From Epithemia pelagica (lineage: Eukaryota; Protista; Bacillariophyta): DNA of 64,000 nt. The notes beneath the pieces are model-generated. The model did no database searches. It saw only the letters and a program-made list of their open reading frames with translations, and was not told where the DNA came from. Both the position numbers and the translations under genes were made by a program. The stretch covers positions 2,418,001 to 2,482,000 of the forward strand of contig OX337229.1 of assembly GCA_946965045.2 (NCBI GenBank), in the 5' to 3' direction. Of the stretch, positions 9,049 through 21,400 are shown in pieces. Numbering within the stretch: the first letter of the stretch is position 1; every line of letters begins with the position of its first letter.

Positions 9049-11355
9049 ATGGCGAAAAAGAAGAAGAAAAGTAAATCCAAAGGGTCCCACAGCAACAGGA
9101 ACAAACTCCGAGATGCGGCATCTGTGCACGAGAAGAATGATGACCCAGTTGCTGTTGTCTCATCGGCCTTTTTTGTGGATTCCATATTGCGAGAAGGAGA
9201 TCGCGTCGTGTTGCGAAATCTTCAGTCGAGGGAATTTAATGAGAAACTGGGCACTGTGAAACGACTTTGTCGGGTTGAACCTGTTCAGGAAACATCACGT
9301 TTTGGTATTCTTGTGGATGGCTCAAGTGAACCAGTAGCAATTCAGGCCAAGAACATTGCCCCAATTTTCCAAATCAACGAACGAGTGACAATCAATGGCT
9401 TGACAGACAAGTCCTTGAACGGAGACTTTGGAACAATTGTTCAAGTTCCCCCAAATGTTTCTAACAGCGATTGCCGCTACAAGGTTAAAATGGCCAACTT
9501 TGACAAGCAAAAAGACACTGTCTGGATTCCTGCCGAAAATTTGTTCCGGACCGAGCGTACATCTACAAAAGAGCAGGCGCAGAAAAGAGAAGCCATGATC
9601 AATATTTCCGAGATGCCGACGGAGGAGTGCATGGACGCATTTCAGCTCTCCATGGTTCGACAAATGATGACTTTTTTGTCACCATCGGATCAAGTCAAAA
9701 TGTTTGGAAGAACGATAAGTCCAATGCCAAACTTTTACGAAGAGGTGTTACAAGCCAACGGGTTTCCCCATGGGGTGGACCGAGATTGGGCTGCGACTCA
9801 TCTACATCAGGCATTTGAACAAGCGAGCCACCTTCCTCATATGATGGAACTCATGTATCGGAATGGGGACAAGGACGCGGTTAGTCCTCATGATATTGTC
9901 AAGCGGCTCGGGACGAATAATACCCAGAAACTGCATTGGTACTTTCATGCCTCTTGTGCTGGAGAAATTTATCCCAATGCAGGACAAGAGGGGATATACT
10001 GTCCGTATGTTCGGCATAGCTATAGCAATCAAGCTTATCGGCAAGAACGATTGCAGTGTGGCACCACCCATGTCGCGGTAGGTTTTGTTGACCTGGGAAT
10101 TCTCTTGACCATGGATCTTGTGGTAGAACCTCCTGTGATGGGAAAGGCTGGACCACTGCATTTCCTTGGCGTTGAACAGAGTTCCTATTCTGTTGCAAAG
10201 GCACTCTTGATATGGGAAATGCTCAAGTGTTTTCCACAACAAAAAACCAAGTCACTGGAGGATACCCATTTGCAGCGTTATGCTTGGTCGATTCTACAGG
10301 TCTGGTTCAGCACAACATGGGGCCCTGGAACAGAAGAAATTGTTCGACGTTGTTTGTCAAATCTCTGCGAAAGTCAACGGTACCATCCAGAAGTACGGGC
10401 TATATTGGACCATTGGAACAATGCTGCATCCCTCTCATTGTATTCTGCAAGAGATCAAACCATCAATGCAACAACCTCGAAGAGGACCTACATTGGAAAC
10501 TTTCTGCGGCGTCGGGACCGCTTGGCCATGGCCAAGTACGAACTCTCTCGAGACTTTGGCCTCAGTGGTGAAAAGCCCGTATGTGGTAATCTCATCATGT
10601 TTGATTGTCCTGATGGAACTGCTCCATTGGAGAAGGACGAAACTGTCTTTTCGGCACTCAACGTCACCGAAATTATGAAGGTAATGCAAGCTGATTCGTC
10701 TCTTTCGATTATAGATGCGGCCGAAAAGTATTCCCATTCAAAGCTTCTAGAGCTCGCATTGAAAGTCCAGTCGAATTTTATCTCAATCGAACTCATCTGT
10801 GACCGCGTGGAAAACGTGTTGGAGGATCTAGCATCCCGGAAACCATGGACCATGAGTTGGTCAAATCTCAGCGATTACTTCAAATACGACGAATTTCATG
10901 CCATGGCACGAAAATGTTCCATTCATGGTGATACCGTCCACTATGGGTATTCCATGAATTGGCCCTCCCAGGTCTTTGGTGTCCAGATTACCGATTATGC
11001 TCGTTTGCCTGTGCACAATCGAACCCGCGAATGGAAAAAGATTTTGGATCAGGGTACTCGAATGGTGGAATTGGCCTATTCCATTTATGGATGGAGCGAC
11101 TTTTTGCGGACTCCTCCGCCGACCAATCCCATAAATACTTCGGCAAACTTTGTGTTGGAGCCTCTTCACTATCGAGCTTGGATTGACCATTTCTTTGTAC
11201 AATCCATGGCTGGAGAAGGTGGACCATGTCAGGTGGGACATGTGGAACATGCTGGTGGCCGGTCTCCCTTTTCCCCAACGGGTTGCAGCACGATCTACTT
11301 CACATGGACCTATGATCCCGACATCAAGTTTCAATCGTTAGGGTTTGGCCTTTAA
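9049..11355 (+). CDS. Hypothetical protein with two N-terminal SH3/KOW-like repeats and a C-terminal DUF4470/SAM-methyltransferase-like region (768 aa)
   Basis: Long ATG-initiated ORF. Repeats GDRVVLRNL..FNEKLGTV..RFGILVD and NERVTINGL..LNGDFGTI..RYKVKM. C-terminal VGFVDLG..LHFLGVEQ..VAKALLIWEML..LQVWFS pattern. The domain names are tentative. Confidence 0.7.
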   Translation: MAKKKKKSKSKGSHSNRNKLRDAASVHEKNDDPVAVVSSAFFVDSILREGDRVVLRNLQSREFNEKLGTVKRLCRVEPVQETSRFGILVDGSSEPVAIQAKNIAPIFQINERVTINGLTDKSLNGDFGTIVQVPPNVSNSDCRYKVKMANFDKQKDTVWIPAENLFRTERTSTKEQAQKREAMINISEMPTEECMDAFQLSMVRQMMTFLSPSDQVKMFGRTISPMPNFYEEVLQANGFPHGVDRDWAATHLHQAFEQASHLPHMMELMYRNGDKDAVSPHDIVKRLGTNNTQKLHWYFHASCAGEIYPNAGQEGIYCPYVRHSYSNQAYRQERLQCGTTHVAVGFVDLGILLTMDLVVEPPVMGKAGPLHFLGVEQSSYSVAKALLIWEMLKCFPQQKTKSLEDTHLQRYAWSILQVWFSTTWGPGTEEIVRRCLSNLCESQRYHPEVRAILDHWNNAASLSLYSARDQTINATTSKRTYIGNFLRRRDRLAMAKYELSRDFGLSGEKPVCGNLIMFDCPDGTAPLEKDETVFSALNVTEIMKVMQADSSLSIIDAAEKYSHSKLLELALKVQSNFISIELICDRVENVLEDLASRKPWTMSWSNLSDYFKYDEFHAMARKCSIHGDTVHYGYSMNWPSQVFGVQITDYARLPVHNRTREWKKILDQGTRMVELAYSIYGWSDFLRTPPPTNPINTSANFVLEPLHYRAWIDHFFVQSMAGEGGPCQVGHVEHAGGRSPFSPTGCSTIYFTWTYDPDIKFQSLGFGL

Positions 11356-11994
11356 TACTACAAGTATACCCAGAGCATGTCATCTTGATCCGTCTTATCT
11401 CGTTTGATACAACAACACTGTTTCTTCGTTTTGAAGAGTATTAAATTCCTGCCACATCGGAGACTACCGTGGCAAGCTAGGTGAAAGCGTTGTGAAGGGG
11501 TATATTTCGATCTACATAGCCATCATCATCCTCTGTCCTCTGTCTCTCCCTACAGCACTCCGCTAGAGGAGTATGATCTATGTGATCTATGATGTGTGAT
11601 GCTTGATGCTTTGTGTCAATTTTTGGTTTTTGGCCAATGGCCAATGGAGAACAGATGTTGTCGGCATCGATTTAGAATGGAATTGTCTATAGAACAATCA
11701 GACTCTTGCTTTGACAGCTGTCTACGAGTAAAAGACATGAGACTGGATGACTCATCCTAGTCATTGGTGTACTCTTATATATTGAGTACATTCTGACGTA
11801 TATGATTAGCCGCCTTTTAACCGCCCTCATATTTCTAGCAATCTGAGTAGAAAGCTTGCACATTCATCGCTCTCGTCTGCTTCATTTTTCTCTCTTGTGT
11901 GGTCAATCGATAGAAAGGAGAGAGTCTTTTACCATCAGGTATCCCGGTCTTTTCTTCTCATTGAACTTGTCGTTATCTCTCTATTTTCATCATC

Positions 11995-12885
11995 ATGCGG
12001 TTTACGTTTGGTTTCATTTTCCTGGTTGTATCGCAGTCGATTTTGGCTTTGTCCAGCATTCATGGCTTTTCCATTCTTCGTTCACCGTCAGCGCCGTCTT
12101 CGTCTTCCTTGCCCTTGGCGAGAAGGACAGCGACGAGAACTCGTCTTTACGCCGATAGTGATCCTAATTGGTTAATGGCCGAATACCGAGATCCTACGTC
12201 TGGAGAAGTGCTGGATCCCTATGAAATTTTAAAAATTCCTCGCCATGCCGAACGACAAGAAATAAAACAAGCCTACCGCGCGCTGAGTCGTCGGTATCAT
12301 CCTGACGTGATGATCACTCGCGACATTTTGCCAGGATCCTGCAACAATATGGAGGATGTTCGGAATCATTGGGAACGCGTCAAATTGTCGTACGAAATTT
12401 TATCGGACCCATTGCGACGCAAACGGTACGATCGCAATGAAGCCTGGACCGATCCGGGACGGGCCGTAAAACGGGCGGCACAACAAGCTGCCATGGACGC
12501 GGTCGTATCGGCCGGCAAGGGCATGTGGGGATTCGGTACGTCGATTGGAGCATCCGTCATTAAGGAAGTGGCCAAGGCGGCCGACCAGGCGGCCAAAAAG
12601 GCCCGCATCGACGAAAAACTAAAATTGAAACACCAAAAGAAGGCCGCTATCGCGGCATCCAGTAGCATCATGAAATGGAAGCCGGATAATCGAGATGGAC
12701 AACAACAACAACTTGTTGAAATGGCGGTGCGATCCAGAATTGACCAAACCTTGGAAGTCTCCAGAGCCCACACACGCCCTGCTCTCTTTCGCAACCCTGA
12801 GAAAAAGCAGAAAAAGCACCGAGGCTTGAGATCTTTGTACGATTTAGGAATGCTACCAGAAGCATCCCAACAACAACAGCCATGA
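11995..12885 (+). CDS. DnaJ (Hsp40) J-domain protein, probably with a bipartite plastid presequence
   Basis: DPYEILKIP..IKQAYRALSRRYHPD..YEILSDPLRRKRYD. Hydrophobic N-terminus followed by an S/R-rich transit-like peptide. Confidence 0.88.
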   Translation: MRFTFGFIFLVVSQSILALSSIHGFSILRSPSAPSSSSLPLARRTATRTRLYADSDPNWLMAEYRDPTSGEVLDPYEILKIPRHAERQEIKQAYRALSRRYHPDVMITRDILPGSCNNMEDVRNHWERVKLSYEILSDPLRRKRYDRNEAWTDPGRAVKRAAQQAAMDAVVSAGKGMWGFGTSIGASVIKEVAKAADQAAKKARIDEKLKLKHQKKAAIAASSSIMKWKPDNRDGQQQQLVEMAVRSRIDQTLEVSRAHTRPALFRNPEKKQKKHRGLRSLYDLGMLPEASQQQQP

Positions 12886-13382
12886 CAAACTTGTTTGCGC
12901 CAGCAAGATTTTCTGTCTGTTGCAACGAGCGGTTAGCAGCGCTCTCTAGAGCACAGGTATAGCATATAGAATACTGCAGAGAGCGACATACGATGACAAT
13001 GTATAACTGTATTTGGAAAACAAAAAAGGTCTCACACCACGCTACTCCAGAGCCAATTCTTATGATACTACTACTTCTACCATTGATAAAAATTTTAGAC
13101 AAGGCAACCAATACCATCGTTTGCATTCATACTTGACAATGGTAGAGAAAAGTCCTTTATTCGCGAACACAAGATGCAAATCATTAATCTTTGGGATGAA
13201 TACGTACAGTTTCTAGGATCTTGATAAAATTAGAGGTGTTTATCTATGTATGTTGTATTATTGAAAGGTTCTCATGAATCATTGAGGGTATAAAGAAAAA
13301 AGCCATATAATGGCTCATGATCGCTGGGCAAAAATTATGACTGTAAAATTGTGAAGCACTCGTTTCATTGGCTCGTTGTTAC

Positions 13383-16230
13383 TCAGGGTGATGCATCCGT
13401 CGTAGGCACAACCGTTTCCTGTGGCCAACCTGTAGGTACTGCGGTAATTGGAGCAGTTGTGGGCGATTCTGTCGGACCGGTACTGGGTGTACTGGAGGGA
13501 CCTGTGGTTGGCTCCAATGAGGGTGAGGTGGATGGCAACTGAGTTACTGTTGGACTGTCACTGGGTGTACTGGAGGGACCTGTGGTTGGTTCCAATGAGG
13601 GTGAGGTGGATGGCAACTGAGTTACTGTTGGACTGTCACTGGGTGTACTGGAGGGACCTGTGGTTGGTTCCAATGAGGGTGAGGTGGATGGCAACTGAGT
13701 TACTGTTGGACTGTCACTTGGTGCACTGGAGGGTCCTGTGGTTGGTGCCAACGAGGGTGAAGTGGTGGGTAATTGCGTTGGACTGTCACTTGGTGTAGTA
13801 GTGGGAGCTGAGGATGGTTCAAGGGTCGGTGACACGGTAGTTGTTGGAGATTGTGTCGGACTGTTGCTGGGTGTGGTGCTGGGAACAGTTGTTGGTTCCG
13901 AAGACGGTGGCAATGAAGTGGTGGGCGAATGGGTGGGACTTTCAGTTGGTGCACTCGTCGCCGGTGGTTGATCCAAACTGTTATTGTTGTCATCATTAGG
14001 TTCATCTGGCGAAGTGGCCAGATCCCCACCTTGCGTGGCGTCAGAATCCTGGGTGAACGAAAAGGCGTTGATGACAGCTTCCAAGGCATTCACAAGCCCA
14101 TGGCCAGTATCAAAATCAAACCCAGGTTCAGCCATATCCAATGCTGTCGATTCCATGATTTCGTAAATGTTGGAGGGAGTCAGGTCTGGGTTGGCTTGTT
14201 TCAACAAGGCAGCAACGGCGGCGGCATTCGGAGCAGCCGCCGATGTACCGAAAAAGTAAAAGGCCGGTCCATTCGGTGCAACATCAGCAAATTGTCCAAA
14301 AAAGCTATTGGCAACACCATCGGGCGCCACAAAGCGAGGCTGTAGCCGCTCTTCAACATCGTCCAATCGGGTTCCATTCACATCAAAGAAAATCGGAGTC
14401 CCTCCCGCACTGGAAAAACTCTGAACAACAGCGGGATCTACCCCAAATGCGGGTGTTTGCAAAAAAGAGGCCGCACCAACACCGGCAACGTTGGGGGCAT
14501 TTGGATGTCCAAAAGACGTGCTCGACTTTGTATCGGGTTCCACATTTTGAAACGAGGCAGACGTTCCAAAGCCAATCCATTTCATCAAGCTTGGTTCAGG
14601 CCCAGAACAATGCAAAATTTCCATTTCCACAACCAAGCTACTTGTTGAGGGACCATTCACGGGGATGAAAATGACGGGATCGAGACCCGATTCATTTGCC
14701 GCGGCTCGCAACAACAAGTTGTCGGTACCAGGATTGAAAAAGGCCAAGTCGAGATTGGTTTCGGCGCCAGGAGATCCACTCAAAGTGAAGAAAGGATCGT
14801 CCCATTGAAACGTTAAACGATCTCCGCCTCGCAAGGTTATACGTTGCCGAGTCGTTCCTTCACGGTCAAATTGATGCCTTTGACATCCAATAATGTCAAA
14901 GGAACCGGAACCATCAAAGGCACTTTGGAACGACGATCGACCGGAATTGCCAGCCGAAGAAAAGTAGGGAACTCCCCTTTCGGCCGCAACCCTGTTAGCC
15001 GATTGCGCAATCACTCCATCTTGAAAAAACGGTTCCGTCAAGTAGCCTAGTAGAAGGAAGACACAATTTGAGTTGGTTGAAGAACAAGAATGCATCGCAA
15101 CACAACCTGGCCGACGAATACAGGAACTTACCGATATCATCAACAATGACATTGCATCCATCATCGGCCAATTGCTGGATTCCCTCGGCAAAGTTTTTGG
15201 GATCCACAAAGGCGGACCAAAAGCTAAAGGTGGCATCGGGAAGTAAATCGAACAAGAGTTGCATCATGGCTCGTCCTTCGTCAATCCCTTGCCCAAAGGG
15301 CAATTCTTGCAATACGGTAATATCGGGCGGCAATTCACCTGACGCAATGTCTTCGGCATAACCACCCAGTGTATCAAAACTGTCTGACAAGACGCCAATG
15401 CGCATGCCTTGACCGGTCAAACCAAACCTATCCCGTACCTGTTGAACAAACATGGCATCCAAGGCTTCATTGACCAAGTCACCCGTAAAGGTTTCTTGCA
15501 AATCGCGATGAGCACCTTCTTCTTGGTGCTGTTCTGGCCCTTCCTCCCCATTCTTGTTGTTGTTATTGAGTCCACCTCGAAGTCCTTTTCCTTGAACTTC
15601 GCGAACAACGGGTTGAATGCTTTTCACTTGATTCAAAGCGTCAAACTGGGGAAAGTATTTAATGTGCATGTAACCATAACACGAATACGATCTACAATCC
15701 AACTCCTCCCAAACTTGTCCGTCCCCTGCAATACTCTTGGCTTTTTCCGTCATGGTTTGCTGCAATTGTCCCTGAAGATTGTCACCCAAAACTTGGACCA
15801 ACAACATCCAGGGCTCCTCGTTGTTGGTCGTTTCTCCGTTGTTTGGATTGCGCCTGGCTCGGGCAAGCGACGACGGAGACGAATCCTGTTGAGGTTTCCA
15901 AGATAAGCCCGTTGTGTCTTCACCAAGATGAATGGTAAAGGGATTGACGATAAAGTTGTCGTTGTTGTTCGTAGGCTTGCCCGCGGCTCGGCGCAAGTAT
16001 CCTTCTTGTTCTTGTTGTTGCTGCTGCTTCATGGCGTTGTCATAAATGTGCTCGAGCCAAAAACTCTTGGAGTTGAGCTTATGATTGCTTGAGGAGGGCT
16101 GGTTCTTGTCGTCGCTGGAAAGACGGTTGTGGTGATGATTGTCCTCACTGTCATGAGGATGACGGCCTGTTACCGCCGAAAGACTAGCGACAGCCGCAAA
16201 ACAAAAGAGCGAGCGAGAAGCAAGAAGCAT
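13383..16230 (-). CDS. Secreted S8/S53-like serine peptidase A (2 exons; intron 15047-15131) with a mucin-like S/T/P tail
   Basis: Signal peptide. Motifs GVLSDS, DEGRAM, VDDIG|YLTEPFFQ across a GT-AG intron that restores frame, SAGN and FFGTSAAAP. Confidence 0.9.
13483..13745 (-). repeat. 78-bp coding tandem repeat, about 3.4 copies (PTTGPSSTPSDSPTVTQLPSTSPSLE)
   Basis: Units start at 13483, 13561, 13639 and 13717 (partial). The first three copies are nearly identical. Confidence 0.95.
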
Positions 16231-16939
16231 GATGATGTTGATTCAAGAATCTTTTTGTTGGTGTTGTAGTGTTTGCAAAATTGCAGCGTTGATTTTATGA
16301 AAAGAGTTGAATGGGAGATCCATTCACCCGCAGCGGCTGGCACACAAACTGTTGTTTCTTTTTTTCCCGTTGTCACGTTTCAACGAAAAGCAATGTTGAC
16401 GCAGAGCAGTAAGAGTAGCAACGATGAGTTTGTTTCTATCATTCTTTTTCATTACACACGGGTTGGTTGTGTGTCTTTCCCTCGTTTCTCTTTCCTTTGT
16501 GTTTGCTTCTTTTGCGATCTCGCAAGCATTTCTCACGGAGACGGAGAGCTTTCCAGTCGCGCTCGGACTCTGACGCAGCATTATTTGGGAAAGTGGGTCT
16601 ATGTTTTGTGTGGGGCTGCACTAATAGTTCAGACTAGGCAATTTAAATAATTTAAGAAGTTTACTCGTTTAACGTTTAACCGCTTACAAAAAATGCCAGT
16701 TCGTCGCGGCTTGCTCGCGGTTTGTGGTGCGCGTGCGCGGCGGGACTGGGGATATCTAAATTTCAGCGTTCACAGCAACTTCCGGTAATGGACTCAAAAC
16801 GTACGAAATCTTTCTACTTCTCAGAGTATCGTCGCGATAAAACACCCGTTTTCATATTGCGTTATCACACACCAATAGCTCTGATATGATCATATTGGAT
16901 ACAGATTCTTTCGATATGAGGCAAGCATCCCGAGTCACG

Positions 16940-17232
16940 GATGTCGGGGGACATTGTAGATGTCGTTTATGTCGTTTGATGTCGTTTGATGTCGTTTGAT
17001 GTTTTTATCGCCAAAAGAATCTCTACTCTCCAGCAGTTCGTATTATTCAACAGAAAAAACACGACTGACTGACGTTAGGCCCATGGCGAAAGACATTTCA
17101 AAAGGCCCATATGAGCACCGCTTGATTTTGACTCAAACCATGTTTCCGCGCGAGCCCGAAACGACATCAAACGACATCAAACGACATCAAACGACATCCC
17201 TCACGACATCAAACGACATCCCTCACGACATT
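16940..17232. repeat. Inverted pair of 10-bp tandem arrays, (GATGTCGTTT)n ... (AAACGACATC)n
   Basis: Left array 16959-17006. Right array 17159-17232 with CCTCACGACATC variants. The spacer of about 150 bp is unique sequence. Confidence 0.9.
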
Positions 17233-18449
17233 CCCGTTTGTTCCATACTAGAGATTGGAAAACCATCCTCTATGGCTTCATAATACGTATTTTGTATTAA
17301 TATCGATCCGTTGTCGAAGAAGTTCTTGGTCTTATCCACTGGGTATTGCTAGCGGATACGGGACTCAAGGGTACTTACCGGAAGTTGCAGGAAGTACATC
17401 GAATGATCAGCTTAACAATTTTTCGATATGGCCAGGATTTGTTGATAGCGGCTGCGTGAAGTAGTAACGAGTAACGAGGCTTCCCACCCGCAAGAACTTC
17501 AATTGGGCTTGAAGGATCCTTGCGAAAAAGTCATTTCATGTTCGGACTCGTACTCGTAGTCGTACTCTAGTAAGAGTACGAGTACACAAGAAATAAGTAC
17601 CCAACCACGAATCGGAGCTGCCACGAATCAAGAATCAGGAGGCCCAACATGAGAAGCGAAGATCCTTTTCGCGACACAATTATTTGAATCCTTGGTGCTT
17701 TGATCTTCGGTCGTGCTCCCTACGAGCTCGTATTGTAACGAACGAATGAAGTGTGCATGAATGATTCCATGGATCTGGTTCATGTCAGAGAAAGTAATTA
17801 ATATAGAACTTGTTTCCTGGGAACGCCGCGAATTTGTTGCGTAGGATCCGTCATCCCCTGTGCACTCTTACGAGCAAGGACCGTGCTAAACAGAGAATAA
17901 AGTCTTTGTATTCCTTCCACCATAGAGGGTAGCGAATCACCAACCAGAATGTGTGGAGAAGAATGTTTTGGTTGTAGTCATTGACAAGAGGATTGTTCTT
18001 TCGGCACGAGACTCAAGCAATTTCAACAACCGTGCGATGATGGGCATGATGCGGGATTTCTATGGCTGGAGATTGTGACCGTCGTGGCGATGATTGTCAC
18101 CTGGAGTTCCTTGCATGACGAGAAACGCTTTTTTGTTGCAACGTGAACGTGTGAAATTGTGGTTTGTCGTCCGTCGAGAAATGTTGTTTGGAGAAGAACC
18201 CCAACAGCCCCAACGCACAGTTCCAGTCGCGCTCGAAACGGCGAACGCGACTGGAGAGAAGCCATCGCCAGATTCTTGTCCAACACAAAGGCCGATGGCC
18301 TCAATACAACAACCACTCGAACCTCTCCAATCTCACAAATGTCTTGACAAACACTTCCATGTTAAACCCACAAGTTGGGAACGAAAGCAAGCATTGACCT
18401 ATTACTTTTCTTTACCAACGCCATCCGCAAGGCCGTATCGACGACGAAG

Positions 18450-21400
18450 ATGATCATAGAGACAACAGGGGTGTTGCGACGCATAGTCGTCTTATTGATG
18501 CTTTTCTGTCCGCAATCAAGTACTCTTGTTGGTGCGGTAGTGTCCAAAGCAGTTCCGAGCAATGCCGAAACAAGCACCAACGACATGGAGCAAGCACAAA
18601 AGAAGGAACTGGAAAGGACCGAAAGAGCAAGGAGTCCTCACGAATGGCTACATCAGATTTATCAAGATTTTATGGCTGGATTGCAAGAGCAAAAACGAGC
18701 ATCGAGAGACGAAAAGAGCCGAGGACTATCGGGTTTCGTCCCTGATGAAGACAACAACCATCTCCTCGACAGCTTCAACCAAAGATACAGTCAAGGTCCG
18801 CTGTTGTGGAAAGAGGCCACAGTGTGGACCCAACAAGCCCAAATGTCCAACAGCCACTATCAGGAGACAAACTCCTCGTCGTCATCGTCATCTCTAGCAG
18901 TCGATAGTCGCATGCTGTTGGTTCAAATAATTGGGGACAATGACCACAATCAATTGTCGTTGAGCCTTTCTGATGACTTTGTATCACCACCACAAACGGC
19001 AAACCCACTTCAATCAAAGCAACAGACCGCTAACGATTTCACCATCGGAATACACCCTGTGGAAGTGGTGGGTTGTGGTCGCTTTTCGTGTAATGCCTGG
19101 TTTCCTCTCTCCGAATTCCCTCGCTACGAACATCGTACCGATATTCGAATCGAACCAGTGGCTGTATCCACCGCTTCGTCTTTGGAACAGGAGAATCTTC
19201 GTCGAAGCCAACGCCTTTCTCCAACAATGACGCGCAAACATCTCCGAGAGTCTCGACCTCAGCGAACAGACTCCACACTAACACTATCAAATACAACGGA
19301 GGAGGCTTGGTTGGGGAGTCAATCACGCCTCAATTTCAATCTATCCAGTACAAGTGAAGACTTTCGAGAACAAGTCAATGGCATCAAAAGGGCCAACAAA
19401 CCGCAACAGCATCTCCACAGCCGCAATCACCAGGACCAGGCACACCGATCTTTGGCAGGTTCGGTACGCAGTCATGCCTTTGAAGCTATGGAAATTGACC
19501 TTGTTCAAGCCGTCTTCGCGGCTGAAAACTTGAAGGGTCAAGGTCATAAAATTGGTTTCTTGTCGGATAGTTTTGACGCCGCTCTGGCATCTCGCGATGG
19601 TGGTGGATACGCCGCCGATATCGAATCGGGGGATTTGCCCAGCCAGGTCCATGTCGTACAAGACTGGTTCAGTGGTGTAAGCACCGCACAAACTTCAGAT
19701 GAAGGACGTGCCATGATGCAACTTGTGCATGACCTGGTACCGGAGGCCACCCTTGCCTTTTCGACTGCATTTTTTGGCAATACACAATTTGCCTCCGCCA
19801 TTCAAGAATTGGCCGATGCCGACTGTCACGTCATTGTCGATGATATTTGTAAGAGCCAGAACACACCTCAAATATATGACATCTCTGGAATTCTGAGCAT
19901 TTTCGTTTTTGTGGTCGGTTCTTTCTCTCGATTAAATGTGTTCTGTTCTTTCTGATTGCTTTTTATCATAGCCTATTTTGCAGAACCGTTTTTCCAGCCC
20001 GGAATTATCGCCCAAGCTGCCAATGATGTCGCCGAACTCAAAGGCATTCCCTACTTCTCGGCGGCTGGTAATCAAGCCCGTGATTCCTGGGAAGGTGCCT
20101 TTGTGCCATCGGGACAATTCGACTCCAAAGGATGTCAGTTGCACGACTTTTCCAACCAGAGTGGAAATGCGGATGTCAAGCAATCCCTCGTGATTCGCTC
20201 TCGAGGGACCCTGGTCTTTCAATGGGACGATCCCTTCTTTTCCGTCAGTGGTCCGCCTGGAGCGGCCACAGATATGGATCTCATCATTTATGATGCCAGT
20301 GACAATGTGATTCGAGAATTTCGTGCCAATCAGACTGGGTTTGATCCAGTCTTGATGTACCAAAATATATTTTCAAATGGGGACATCACACAAGATTCAA
20401 CAATAATTCAAGTATCCATTGGTCATTGTTCAGCCCCCGCCAATGCTCATGAAATGGGTGGGATTTAATATTGATGGCGTCAGTATTGAATATGCCACGG
20501 ATTCCTCCACCTACTATGGACAGAGAAATATGCCATATGTTGCGGGCGTAGGTGCTGCGTACTTTTTCCGGACGCCTCGGTTTTGTGTATCACCTGCCGT
20601 TCGCTCTCCATACTCCAGTGCCGGTGGAACACCGCTCTTGTGGGACCGTACGGGCATGCGACTCCCGGTACGTCAGGTTCTCCAACAACCTCGGTTTGTG
20701 GCACCTGACGTATGTAAAAATACCTTCTTTGGTCTTGACATAGACCTTTTGAACTTTGGACAGGGATTTTATTTTCTGGGTATGTTCTTCTTTCGGTATT
20801 TCACGTCGTTGGTTTTTCTTTGACTCCTTGCATTGTCCTTACAATTTTCACTTTTCTTCACACCAATAGGTACGTCCGCTGCGGCGCCGAATGCTGCTGC
20901 AGTCAGTGCAATGCTTCTGCAAGCAGATCCAACCTTGACACCTCTGGAGATTTATGACATCATGGAATCCACGGCATTAGATATGTCAAACGAGCAAGGG
21001 TTTGATTTCGATACCGGATATGGTCTGATCAATGCATTGGAAGCCGTGACGGAGGCATTGGAACGGCGTGTAAACAGTGGTACCACTAATACATCAGCGC
21101 CTTCCACCACTTCGCCCACAAGCGTTCCAACAACTCCAGCGCCTACAACAGTTTCTCCCTCCGATGTCCCCACTGGCGCATCACCAACAACCAACACACC
21201 CACGACCATTGCTCCATCTCAAGTTCCTACAACGACACCCCCAACGACTGTCGCTCCATCTCAAGTTCCCACCACGACATCCCCGACAACTGTTCCTCCT
21301 TCACAAGCTCCTACAACAACAACACCCACGACTGCTGGTCCATCCACTGCAGAGCCTCAATTTGTACAATTACCGATTAGAACGAGTGTATGTGGTAATG

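Noticed and set aside
16959-17232. Short repeats considered as a CRISPR array or telomeric repeat
   Set aside because: The units are 10 bp and directly adjacent, with no unique spacers and no cas genes. The unit is not TTAGGG-like and the context is eukaryotic.
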